DNA of 64,000 bases from Takakia lepidozioides. Taxonomy: Eukaryota; Plantae; Bryophyta. Where the stretch lies: positions 36,208,001 through 36,272,000 of the forward strand of contig CM060732.1 of NCBI GenBank assembly GCA_030704615.1, in the 5' to 3' direction. Below are positions 52,601 through 64,000 of this stretch, piece after piece. Numbering within the stretch: the stretch's first letter is position 1; the number at the start of each line of letters is the position of its first letter. The notes below the pieces were generated by a model, which ran no database searches, was not told the DNA's origin, and saw only the letters and a program-made list of their open reading frames with translations. Made by a program: the position numbers and the translations under genes.

Positions 52601-53793
52601 CGCAATCGGATCCCCAACCAGAGGACGCGGAAAGACTGAAAGCAGAGGAGGCAGCAAAGTAGAAAGCACTGAGAAAGTCAGCCAAGGCGGCAGCGTTGGC
52701 GAAGGAGCAGATGGAGAAGCAGGTAGCTGAGCAGCCCAAGGACAAAAAGAAAAGAACGCGCAAACAGGGGCAAGAGACAAAGACCCCCACACCCAAGAAG
52801 AAGAAGTAGCAACATAGTCAGCCAGATGACGAGGATTTCGACGATGATTTCCAGCAAGATAACACCCAGGGGGCCACACCTCGTCCGAAAATTCACAAGG
52901 GCCAGCGCTCTGGGGGTTTGGCTGTGAAGAGATCACTATACGAGGATGCACCTAGCAGACCCTACCGTGCGGTGCACATTGCGGGCACGGAAGTCCTCAA
53001 AACACCTACAATTGTGTAGTGTGTTAATGAAAATTTCCTAACTGCTCTGACCAGAAGGCTGGAGAAAACGAGATTGAGGAAGGCGATCGAGGCCCACCAG
53101 GGGAAGGGGAAGAGGAAGGCCATTGGCAATGATATCGAGGACACTCCCGGCTAAACAAAGATGATGGAGTATTTTGTGGCGATGAGCCATGGCAAAAAGA
53201 GCACAGTCGGGGGCAGGGCGGTGAAAGCCTCCATCGACATGATCCTTGTGGATATCCCGGATGGGCAGGAGATACTGGGGCTGGGCTCACTACCCTGGTG
53301 GAACAAGTACGACGAAAGATACTGGAGCCACACATTCGGGTTCGCAGCCAACATGTTGGACAACGATGGCTGTGTTGTTGTGCTAGCAGCCGATGGGAAA
53401 GTCACTGAGAATGATATCAAAGTATGGATGGGGAGAAGTGCAACACCCATCCTAAAAAAGATCTGGACTTGCATGAACACGCAGGGTCTTCTCAACGATG
53501 GTCAGAAGGTATGATGCGGTTCTCCTCTGTTCTGCCAATTTCTGCGCCAAAATTGCCCATGTACGTGTAGGCCACCTCTCACGTTCTTCTTTCCTACTTT
53601 GCAGACTCTTATCTTTCAGGCATTCTGCTTCGTGAAGGAACATTCGAAATTCAAATTACGTCAAGTAGGCAGACTTGTTGATTCCACAGTTGATCCATTG
53701 GAGTATAACGTCCCGTTCAACCATGTGGGAGAGAAGGACATGCTTTGTGATTTGTCGGGCAAGCCTATTGGGACCTCCTCCACAGCGTCGTGA
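49656..53793 (+). pseudogene. Spliced ParB/Srx-like + amino-methyltransferase-like fusion (copy 2); C-terminal SAM-binding part apparently lost after ~53766
   Basis: KVLLCHMVSLPVVR..F.EGY..GSAAFYV..MFFVWDGNHMMLAW; HLAHTLYRVQ; IDMILVDIPDG..WN.YDERYW..F.F..GCVVVL, collinear with copy 1. In-frame stops. Start codon tentative. Confidence 0.8.
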
Positions 53794-54480
53794 AATTCGC
53801 AAACATCCAGGACAAACCTGTTCCGATTCTCCCTTAGTGTCAACAATATATTCCCTGGCCCAGAAGAGTGAGTGAGCAACTCAAGAGCCCTATCCGGGAG
53901 CAAATACTGTGGAGGTGCAGTATAGTTATGGTAGTAAGACCTCCAGAACTCGCCACAGCAACATCTCATGATGAAGAGACGAACACTCCGTCTTTCAGTT
54001 CTATTTCGCACAACAAGTATCCACTGTTGTCCACTGGCAGGCCTCACCCAAAGAGAATCCCACAAAAGTGCTCGGAAACTCGTCACCCTGCGTGTACCTT
54101 CACTGAAGTCCAACTCCACCATAATGTCTCTCATCACCGGCTCACGCAATCGTGATCCTCGAATCCCGCTCCGTTGAATGCAGAAGGCATTTACACAGGG
54201 CGGCATTGAGGAAGTGTGCGCCCACCGGGAATGGAGAGGGATAAGTAATCATTGTTGTTTTTCAACACGGAGATGCAAACATTGAAAACCCAATGCGGAA
54301 CACCCTCTCATGTGATCTTCTATGGGGCAACGGCAATACGTGCCCCCATTGGCCGGCAACAGCTATCCACACAGGCGATCGAAAATGACTGGGGCTAGAA
54401 GGGGCTTAACAGATAAGGTGCCACGACATTACGGGAAGAAATTGTGCTAAAACCACTGGCGTCCTAAAACCACCGACCTT

Positions 54481-54770
54481 GGTATTTCGGCGCCGAAATT
54501 CCCAAGAGCAGTGTGCTAAAGTGGTGTTTTGAAAACTTCCACCGGGGTATTTTGGCGCCGAAATTCTCTTTTGAAATGTGATATACTGGCGTATTTTTAT
54601 GGCGCAGAGCGGGCTATTTCAGCGCCGAAATACCCAAGTGGAATGTGCTGAAGTGCCTTGTGCTGAAGGCTTCCATCGTGATATTTTGGTGCAGTAATTC
54701 CTACGTGGAATTTTATAAGGCCCATATTATGAAGGCGCACACTGGGCTATTTCGGCGCCGAAATTCCCAA
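54481..54770. repeat. Third palindrome cluster: 5 copies of TATTTCGGCGCCGAAATT at ~66-bp spacing
   Basis: Copies near 54483, 54548, 54615, 54682 and 54748. Confidence 0.9.
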
Positions 54771-55013
54771 TAGGAATGTTAGAAACGGCAGGGTTTTCAT
54801 GGCTTCAAGTTCGCGGTTCGCTGGTGTGCATAAATTACTTGTAGGGTTCTTTACTTAACTTTGCGTCTCTTCTGCTTTTATTATTATATTGTGGTTTGCG
54901 GAAGAAATGTAGGGAATCGGACTTGCAGTCTGAACACAATGATTTCAGAAATCGTCAATATTTTCATTAAGTGTTTCAGAAGTGTACAACAGAAGGATCC
55001 AAATGAGACTTTG

Positions 55014-56152
55014 CTATGGTGAGGATCCGCGATCACTGTCCGATGCATCCCCGGCCTCATGCAAGGATGGCTGCCTTCCACCTGCCTCCGAACCTGCACT
55101 GCCGCTACCGCTGTTACTCTGAGAAGCCCTCCCCTCAAAAATACCATCCTCACCAGCTAGAACTGTCCACCTTGGTGCGGAACTGTCCTCATCATCCCCC
55201 TCACTCTCAGACGCGGATTCTATGACGAACTTGCCTACTTTGTCTTTCACAATTCCATGTTTGACCTCACGCATCATTATAATTCTCTGCTCATTCCCGA
55301 ATATCAATTGCTCAAACCGAGTAGGCCTATCCTCCCTCCTGATGGCTTCTCTGGCACTCGTGTCTGCAAAGGCTGGTAGAAAAAAGGGCTTCTGGGGACT
55401 CGCGAGAAACGATTTTTTGGCAAAGAATGGCCGATGCGATTCTGTCTCCTCCTCTGCAACAGGGTCCGATTCGGGCAAGCCTCCTAGCATTTCCTCATCG
55501 GATGACTCTGCAAGGCTGAGTGTACGCACAAATACAGAATGAAGCACATTAGAACATTCAAACAGGGAATCATCGGCAGGTTGCATGGTCCCTATAACCG
55601 AAACCAATACACTTACTATGGTGCAACTCACTTGAAGATAGGCATTGCAGGAAGCGGCTTCGGGCGCCCTTGCATTGGACGAATTTCCTGGACTTCCTCC
55701 TCCTCCTCTTCCTCCTCCCCTTCCACGTCCTCTTCTGCGTTGTTGGGATCCTCAGTCGGAGGCAAACGTTGTAGGCCCGCCAAATTGAAATCGTACAAGG
55801 CCGTATCCCCCTCAAATGAGAACACAAATCGGTTGGACATCCTTCCCGCCCACATATAGGCACCTGCGAATTCATACGACACAACCAAAGCCAAAGTCAA
55901 GAATGACTCGCTTCCTCGCGCAAGCAAACAAAGACAATCAGAAACGGTGTCAATTTCGGTGTCGCAATCACTGAACGCTCTCACATATATTAGCAGTGAC
56001 GTCGAGGACCCTGCCTTCAACATCCGTACACGTTTCCATGAGCGTCTGGATGAATGCAGGACTCCTGGTCCTGCCATACCTCCAGCCTCCAATATCTGCA
56101 TGTTTTCACCAACGTGACCTCTATAGATATCTTGTATCTTTATGTTTGCCAT
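55014..56152 (-). CDS. Unknown acidic protein, probable second cargo gene of D2 (likely spliced or decayed)
   Basis: Overlapping long ORFs 55628-56317 and 55014-55631 with coding-like composition and a poly-Glu tract. No recognised domain. Confidence 0.45.
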
Positions 56153-56770
56153 CTTAATCCAGAAAACGGCAATGCGTAGTGGACGACTATAATTCTGGAC
56201 CTGTGGTTCGACGACTCGGTGGTTTGTGTTGTGGATGTCAACGTAGCAGCATAGCGTGGTAAGGATCATTGTGGAGGGTGATTGGAGGGCACAGGCTCCG
56301 GGATATGGTAGTTCCACAGGTTTCTTATGCCGCAGTGGTATTTCTGATGATGGAAGCTCGGAGTAGTCGCTGTACGAAATAAAAACTTGTGGTTGCCTGA
56401 TGTTTTTATTTCGAGCGTCTATGGCAATTTTCTGTCATGTCAATGTGGGCTTGATGTTGAGTTGAATGGGGTTTGCAAGTTGAATTGTCGTCTGACCCTA
56501 AATATATTACCTTGTCAGCACAATGGCTTGTGAGGGCTACAATTTTGTGTCTCTTTCCTGTCCTGCACAATGTTTTACAGTGGTGACGTGGAATAACGGT
56601 GCCGAAATACCTCATTCCGCATCCTGGACCAGGAGAAACAGACCCTATTATCGAGGTACGAGGACATAACACCATCAATAAAGGCACGAAAATTCCAATT
56701 CCGCGGATGCCCGCTCATGAGCTCATAGGCTCATAGGCTCATGGGCTCATGGGCTCATGAAATAGTAAAC

Positions 56771-57990
56771 ATCCTTACCCAGCCACCGAGAAAGTGAAGG
56801 GAGATTGTTCAGAGTCACTGCTTTGGAAGGTACCTCTGCTGTGGAAGTCCCTTCTAGGTCCGCTGTCCCTGCTTTGCTCGAATTATACCATGCTTCTACT
56901 TATGCTGGCCATTTGGAGGTTGCTAAAACTGTCAAGAGATTACAGGAGCAGTACCATTGGAAAGGCTTAGTTAAAGATGTCTTTAGCTTTCATTGCAAGG
57001 TGTGTGCCCTATCATGCTAAGACCATCCTACCTAGAACCAAAGCTCCCTTGCCTTTACAGCCTACCCCGGTGATTGAACCATTTGCCAGGGTTGACTTAG
57101 ATCTAGTTGGACCCCTTAAATCCACGTCCAAGGGCCATGCATACCTTGCGGTTGCAACGGACTACCTGACGAAATGGGTTGAGCCCGACCTCTGGTTGCT
57201 AAGGATAGTGATGAGGTGGTGCAATTCTTCTTTGATAAGGTGAATATTCTTCGTCATGGTTGCCCTCTGGAAATCCTCACGGATCAAGGTACAAAGTTCT
57301 GCAACCAACTTATGGAGATTGTCTTGTTTAATCTCAACACTAAGCATGCCGTTACTGCTCCCTACAATCCCCAATGCAATGGTTTGACAGAACGATTTAA
57401 CAAAACTATATGCCAGATGCTCGAGAAGAATGGGACACTCATTGATGAATGGGATATTGCTGTGCCTATTCTGCTCTTTGCCTACGAGACTTCTATCCAT
57501 GCCAGTACCAAACTCTCACCTTTTGAACTTTTGTATGGTAGGAAATGTAGAACCCCTTTGCATATCTCCTGGCTGCAGGTCTCGACTACTTAGCCTGAGA
57601 ATTGGGAAGCCTTCTTGCTTTCTATGGATGCTAGACGGCGTAGTTTGAGGGAAACTGCCAAATCTAACATTGTGTTTGCTCAAGCTGCTCAGGCAAAGAA
57701 TTACAACCGCCGTGTTGTGTATTCTGAGTCATTCAAGATATGCTAGTCTGTTTGTGTGAGACTCCAACCTGGTAAACAGATTTCCAAGGCCAAACAAAGA
57801 ATTGATGGCCCTTACCTTATCTTTGATATTCTTCCTGGCAGACAGTATGTCTTGCTCCCACAACATGCCTCTACTCCTCACTTAGCTAGCTCCATTCATG
57901 TTTCACTACTTGTTCCATGCACTCTTATTTTTTATCTAACCTGTTTGAATGTTGAGAACCGTCAGGTGATCTTCACCCCCACAGCTCGGA
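56771..57990 (+). pseudogene. Integrase of element A (frameshifted)
   Basis: H..GH..YHW..C..C zinc finger; DLDLVGPL; TDYLTKWVE; ILTDQGTKF; YNPQCNGLTERFN; SPFELLYGR; GPY. Confidence 0.93.
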
Positions 57991-58254
57991 CAGCTCGCAC
58001 TATGGTAGCCTCTTCTTTAGAGTAGTGTTTGAATTTCGTGCTAGTTTTCTGTACCATTTGTAGCACTCGGGGTTTTTCCTATGGGATGCTTTGTCCTCCA
58101 CCCCGCTTGCAGGGTGAGGTTTTCTTCCCTAGGTTTTTTCATCCCTTGTGTGCCGAGTGTGTAGCTTGTTTTGGCTAGGGTTCAGTTTTGTTCTCCCTGA
58201 GCTCATCACTCGCAGGAGCTCACAGTTTCTTGTGGCCCCAGCAGGCTTCACATA

Positions 58255-58805
58255 TGTAGAGCTGAGATTCCTTCTCACCTTACTTTTCGACATGGATGAA
58301 TGGAGGAGGGATGCGATCCGAATGATTTAAGGGATGGACGAAGCCGGGATGAAGGCTGGATGGACTTACACCTTGCGCATAAGGATGAGCTGGCAACAGC
58401 TGATGGCTTTATTAGGGGCTGTCTTATTCTAACAGCTAGTTTAGGATCAGGCTAGAATGGGACTGGGTGATCTGGCTTCTTTCTATGGCTGTGCTGGAAG
58501 GGCATATGGTGGACCTATGTGTAAGTGTCATACGACACTAAGATTAGATTATGACCTAATACTATTTAATCCTCACTGCCGTGGTAGTGGTGGTGGTGGG
58601 TTTTGGGTCTTACGCGAGCGTACGTTGGGCGTAACTGTGTGCTTGAGTGGTTGGATGAAAGTGTTTGGAGGTCTGCGTCTGTGGTGTCCTCTTAGTAAGA
58701 TTCCGTCTTCTTTGCCAGACCCATCTACCGACTACATTCCCCAGATAAGGTCAAGTCCGGTAGAGGAAGGGGAACAAACCCATAGCGCCGGAATCAGGCT
58801 TCACA
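58255..58805 (+). repeat. 3' LTR of element A (58255-58796) plus 9-bp terminal extension GGCTTCACA
   Basis: Repeat of 15039-15581, followed by GGCTTCACA and then CAGT. Confidence 0.9.
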
Positions 58806-60526
58806 CAGTTGCCACCAGAATATTCTGTCTATATTTCTAATGAATGACATTCCCTGGATGACCAGTTTCATGGTCTTTAGGTCTGGAGTTTAACTTCTTG
58901 TGCATGCTTATGAGGATATTACCCTGCGTGCCACTCGGGTGATTCAGGACTCAAATCTTGTTACTGCGATATATGTGTTTATTAATAAACACTGTGTGAT
59001 CTTCTAGATTTTTACTATCTATTCATAATTACTAGAGGGCAGGGCTTGCATGAATTACATGCATTCATTTTAAAATGCATGTATTGAGATATTCTTACTT
59101 TTCTATACCAACTAGTTCCATAGTATTAGATTATTCACAAAATTTTAATATTTGTCTATTCTCAATAGCCACAGGTTTTGGATATGCAGATGGTTATCAA
59201 TTGATGGTATTCCAATTGTAATACCAGCCGATTATCGGCCCAGGTATAAATAATTCTATTTAGTTCAATATAATTTAAAATGATATTGGCCCACCTAAGT
59301 AAGTTCAATTGATAGGCATACCTTGTTTCCCAAGGAAAATACAAATATGTTGCAAATGCCCTAAGTTGCATCATTGAGATTCACATATTGCAAATCTGTG
59401 TAAAATCCAGAGAAATCATGACGACCCAAAGTGGGTATGTACTTTTATTGCGTAGGTCCCATCTTGCGTAAATGAAGTCCGATGAACCCTTGAATAAAAA
59501 AGATGCGCCTAGAAGAGAGGAATCCAACGAACTAATACGCTCCCCCATACAGTTAAGCAACACAAGAAGAAAAAGACAGGACTTAAGCCATTTGCATGGT
59601 TGTGGGGTGGCCAGCGTACAGGCGGAAATGGGCACATTAGCCTGACCTACAAATGACTATGAAACATAGAAAAAATGACATCTATAAATGTGGTTTTGAA
59701 ATTTTCTTGAAAATTTTTGACATTCATCTTTACCTTCTTACAAGGGAGGATTGCAGAAGAGGAATTTCCATTCTATTCTCGCTAGCACCGTGGAGCAACA
59801 ATCTTCTGTGTTTGGTTTTAACTTTTTTTTTCCTTTATCTTCTGCTTCCTAATTTGCCTCAAAAAAGGCATAATCTGCCCCCAAAATCCTTTACGTAACT
59901 TACAATATGGTCTTTGGGAAACTGACCATGTTTTTCTTAACCCTAACGCAGGATGCCATTTTGGTGGGCCACCCCCACCCCAAAAGAGGACCTAGTCTCA
60001 TTGATGAGGCTCTATTTGGCAGTGACTATTCATCCACAAAAATGAACCTTACCAATTTTACCTACCTACTACATCTAACTACTCACAAAATTTTAGATTT
60101 ATCTTTAGATTTTCAGGATCTGAGCGGAATCTCGTTACTCCGCCTTTATGGCTCCATGCAAGGTTATTTTTTCCTTACCTTTCAATAAAGTTCTACAGGG
60201 CTACAATCCCCCTGTTCTAAATAAATAAAATAAAATAAAAATTAGAAGGATTTAGAAGGATTGACCGGCAGGTTGTAGCAAAAATTCATGGTGGTATTCT
60301 CAACTCCACAGAAAATTGATGAAAAAATTCAGTTTGACCAAGGTGATTTGCTGACTTGATAATTTCCTGGGGCACGGACCTCCACATTTAGAAAGCAAGG
60401 AGGGTTAGAGTATGCTCTCCTAATTTGAGGATCAAATTCTGAAAATTTCAAGTGGTTCCTTTGTATATCCAATGAGAGGAGTAGAATGGATATTCCACCA
60501 CACTTAGAGATAAAAAGCTTCAGTAG

Positions 60527-60629
60527 GGGAAGGCCCCCGCCCGAGGGCATTCCACGATTTAAGGGTTGCCTGCCAAGGGTGTTAGCCCAGCCCGAGAATC
60601 GTGGAATGCCCGCGGGCAGGGGCCTTCCC
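60527..60629. repeat. GC-rich inverted repeat, ~33-bp arms
   Basis: GGGAAGGCCCCCGCCCGAGGGCATTCCACGATT pairs with AATCGTGGAATGCCCGCGGGCAGGGGCCTTCCC. Confidence 0.8.
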
Positions 60630-60921
60630 GTTCGTGAAAAACGGCTTAGAACTTTCATCCACTTTGCAGAATGTTCGTCCAGTCGACAACCAGCATGTAG
60701 CCCAATGGTAATGGGAACATACCACGTTGGATGTGGATGTGGGTTCAAACCAGTGTTGTACCGGTATATAGGGTATTCCTTGATATGTGCACAGTTATAT
60801 GCAATGGTATCAAGGACCCTACCAGCCTGATATCAACCAAGAGAAATACCCCGGCTATGCACAAGTTGCCCCCAATAAGTCCCAAATTAATACCCTGGCT
60901 CCAGTATGGTATTCATTAATG

Positions 60922-61186
60922 TCATACCCTTGTAGATACCAGTACCGCCCTGTTGGTGTGGCAAAGTCCCTCAAGTGTTTGCTGTATAGCATAGGTGGGG
61001 GGGGCGCTTCATACCCTTGTAGATACCAGTACTGCCCTGTTGGTGTGGCAAAGTCCCTCAAATATTTGCTGTATAGCATAGGTGGGGGGGCGCTTCATAC
61101 CCTTGTAGATACCAGTACCGCCCTGTTGGTGTGGCAAAGTCCCTCAAATATTTGCTGTATAGCATAGGTGGGGGGGGAGGGGCGCT
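60922..61186. repeat. Tandem repeat, 3 x ~86-87 bp
   Basis: Units TCATACCCTTGTAGATACCAG... start at 60922, 61009 and 61095. Confidence 0.95.
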
Positions 61187-61985
61187 TCTTCAATGTCCAG
61201 TGTAGTGGCTGTAAATTTTACTTCAGAGGCTGATTTGGTCAAGGATCATGAAGATGAATTGCAAGAGGCTGGATATTTTGATGGCTTGGGAGATTAGACT
61301 TCTTAGCCTGCTACTAATGGGATTGATTCCATCTAAAATTGAATCAAATTCTGCAACCACTCAATTGTTCTAGAGGCACTTACAATTGTATTTATGGTGA
61401 CTTCAATAAAATACTTCTTTGATTTAAAATATCTACCCAAGAATTTTAGTACAACAAATTTGCTCTTATTATTTTAAGGTTGCAATGATCTTATCTAATA
61501 CCAAGCCCGGATATATGTATCATTCGTATCACCCAAACAACTACTCTATATTTATACCATATCAAACAAAACTACTTATTTATACCAGTCCAGTATCTAA
61601 ATATTTTAAATTAATGTAACACCAGGACCTGCCATATCTCAAATTTAGTCCATAATTCAATACCAGTACTAGTCTGGTATGCCCAAATTTTAATCTGTAC
61701 TTCCAGATTTGCAAAGCCCTGTACACTCGGTTGTCTTGCGCATTCGCCTCCTGAAAACAAACAACAATATTGGCCTTCACATTAGACTAGTAGACCATAG
61801 AGCAGTAGACCATAGACTAGTAGATTGGGCCAGTAGACCATACACCAGTAGGCCATTACAGTAGACCAGTAGAGCATAGTAGTAGAGCATAGCCGTGGAC
61901 CCATGTAGCAGACCACAGCCACGGCAGTAGTACGCCTTTCAAAGCAACTGCAGTACCATGTTGCGCAAAGTAGACCCAAAACAGT

Positions 61986-62200
61986 AATCGCCTTACTGCA
62001 ACAACATTGCTTGCGATCGCTCATGATGCCGCTTTTGACATCACCTTGAGCAAGGGTTCACCTGGAACCCTCTTTGACTAGGAAGATAACCTTGAACCAA
62101 CTGTGCGCCCCAATCACTACAATTGGGTCCGCCTTGGAATGCTGGCCTGAGGTACGGGAACACGCCGAAGCCGCACTACGACTTCGTCCCGAGGCTACAC
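61986..62200. repeat. Isolated copy of a non-coding segment of chromovirus C (34017-34231)
   Basis: ~215-bp near-identical match read directly from the sequence. Confidence 0.9.
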
Positions 62201-64000
62201 TACAACACTGGTTCAAACCACAGTCTGGTGTGTCATGAAGGTATCCACCTTTCAGCTGGAAGGTAGTAGCCCTTGTGGTGAAGAGGTTGGGTAGCGAGTG
62301 AGCATGCTCACATGAGCACAAGGGCATATTCTCCGAATTTTCGGGAAATTTCCACGGCAAAGTGAAATTGATGAAATTAATAATCATGCAAAATTAACAC
62401 ATAAAGAACAAATAGCCCGTATACCTGGTGAACATGTTATCCTATAGGCATGGCTTTTTCTCCATAAGAGGCGGGAGAGAGGCTTTACCTCAACTTTAAG
62501 ATCCTTTCCCTTGTTTAAAAAAAATAAAAAATCACGCATGGATAATTTCGCAGTGCGAAATTCCGCCTGAGAAGCAATGACATTGTGGCTAAAATGATGA
62601 ATAGGTCACTTTTCAAGCCCCCACCCACTCCTTTTGAATGTAGGATTTTTGGGTGATGGGATTTCTCAATGCAAAACCCACCGCTTGCTTGGTTTGTGCC
62701 CATATCACCAAGTATTTTTGCGAAATTCACCACTGCCTAGTTTGTGCCTAGAGAGAGATGACTTAGGCCGAAGCCGGCGCAACTAAGAGCCACTTCACCT
62801 TGCGGCTACTGCCCCCTTTCGGGGCTGGCCCCCCCTATATAGTTTGTGCCCATATCACCAAGGAGGTTGGGTAGCGCATGAGCATGCTCACGTGAGCACA
62901 AGGGCACATTCCTGAATTTGCATGAAATTTCCACTGCAAAATGAATTTGGCGAAACTAAAAACTATGAGAAACTAACACGTAGAGGTTACGTAGCCCCTA
63001 TACCCGATGAGCATGTTACCCTATAGGCGTGGGTTTTCTCCATAACATGCGCGAGAGTGTGTGGTAAGGCTTCAACTGAAATTGCAGGTCCTCACCCATA
63101 GCTAATAGAAATATGTACCACACAACCTGATAATTTCGCAGCTCTAGAAACTCTATACCAACCAGCCTGACAAGAAATCAACTACAGCAGAAAGTATGAG
63201 AAGCTCACTATTAAAGTCCCCAGCACCAAGCCCATATCACCGAAGTATTTCTCAAATACCAGTAAGAGTTTCTCAAAGCGAAACCCACTTCTTCATATAT
63301 TTCTCAAATACTAAGAAATGTTTCTCAATGCGAAACCCACCGCTGCATACGTTTGTGTCCATATCACCAAGTCTGTCTCAAATACAGGAAGGGTTTCTCA
63401 ATGCGAAACCCACCGCTGCATAGGTTTGTGCCAATATCACCACATCTTCCTCAATGCAAAACTCATCGCTGCAGGTTCCTGGCTACTCTAATGAAGTTTC
63501 CGCCTCGCGGAATTGGCGCAGATGTACTGTATATATGCTCCGGTCGCTTATGGTTTTATTCCGTTTTGGAAACATATAACTCCTATGACCAAGGTCAGAA
63601 TAACATGAAACTCCCATGACCGTGGGTTGTGCTCACGCGATACCAACCCCCATCACCAAGTATTTCTCGGCGAAATTCACCGCTGTAAAATTCACCGCCG
63701 CCACTATAGGTTTAGGGTTTTTGGCTACACTACCGAAGGTTTCGCCTCGCTGAATTGGCGCAGATGTACCTACAAATGCACCAGTCCTCTATACCCGCTT
63801 ATGGTTTTATTCCATTTTGAAAACATATAACTCCTATGACCGAGGTTTAAAAACATAAAACTCACATGATCGTGGGTTACGCGAGCGTGCATATGTTGTG
63901 CTCACATGATACCAACCCCTCTCTTCACCATAATTTACGCTCCCTTTGGGGGGCGTCTAATGATATATATATATTTGTCCAATCTGCATAATGTTCCTTC
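62198..64000. mobile_element. Possible left arm of a CACTA-type DNA transposon with subterminal repeats
   Basis: CACTACAA at the point where similarity to element C stops. Repeated TTTCTCAATGCGAAACCCACCGC and GTTTGTGCCCATATCACCAAG motifs; duplications 62282-62470/62863-63045 and 63495-63650/63740-63920. The other end is not in the window. Confidence 0.4.

Larger units (their letters stand above)
43263..56770. mobile_element. Element D2: near-complete MULE (left end missing) with transposase, palindrome arrays, ParB-MTase cargo, a second cargo ORF and right terminus
   Basis: Gene content as listed separately. GGCTCATRG subterminal repeats and terminus GGCTCATGAAATAGTAAAC abut the integrase of element A. 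Confidence 0.8.

Noticed and set aside
53661-54206. 181-aa minus-strand ORF as a further cargo gene
   Set aside because: It spans the apparent deletion junction at ~53766 and has no recognisable motif, so it cannot be supported.
61780-61980. AGTAGACC-rich stretch as a functional array
   Set aside because: Degenerate low-complexity repeat with no consistent unit or associated gene.

Overview
Eukaryotic nuclear DNA, most likely from a non-flowering land plant (inferred from an intron-containing plastid-type MurB). Bases 1-14.6 kb hold three intact spliced host genes: a TORTIFOLIA1/SPIRAL2-family gene (3' part), a COR27/28-like gene and MurB. Bases 15.0-58.8 kb are a ~44-kb nest of transposons inside one dUTPase-bearing Ty3/Gypsy element. 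The nest contains a PHD-integrase Gypsy remnant, a gag-only LTR element, a full-length chromovirus with a TAACA TSD, and three partial copies (E, D1, D2) from two related Mutator-like (MULE) families. The main candidate for an undescribed system is this MULE architecture: a GCM-like/DDE/SWIM transposase transcribed divergently from an intron-containing gene fusing a ParB/Srx-like domain (DGNHR) to a bacterial-type beta-class N4C/N6A DNA-methyltransferase fold. A dense array of palindromes lies upstream of the fusion gene, and the palindrome differs between the two families. All transposon genes here are decayed. Domain calls come from motif recognition by eye, not database searches.
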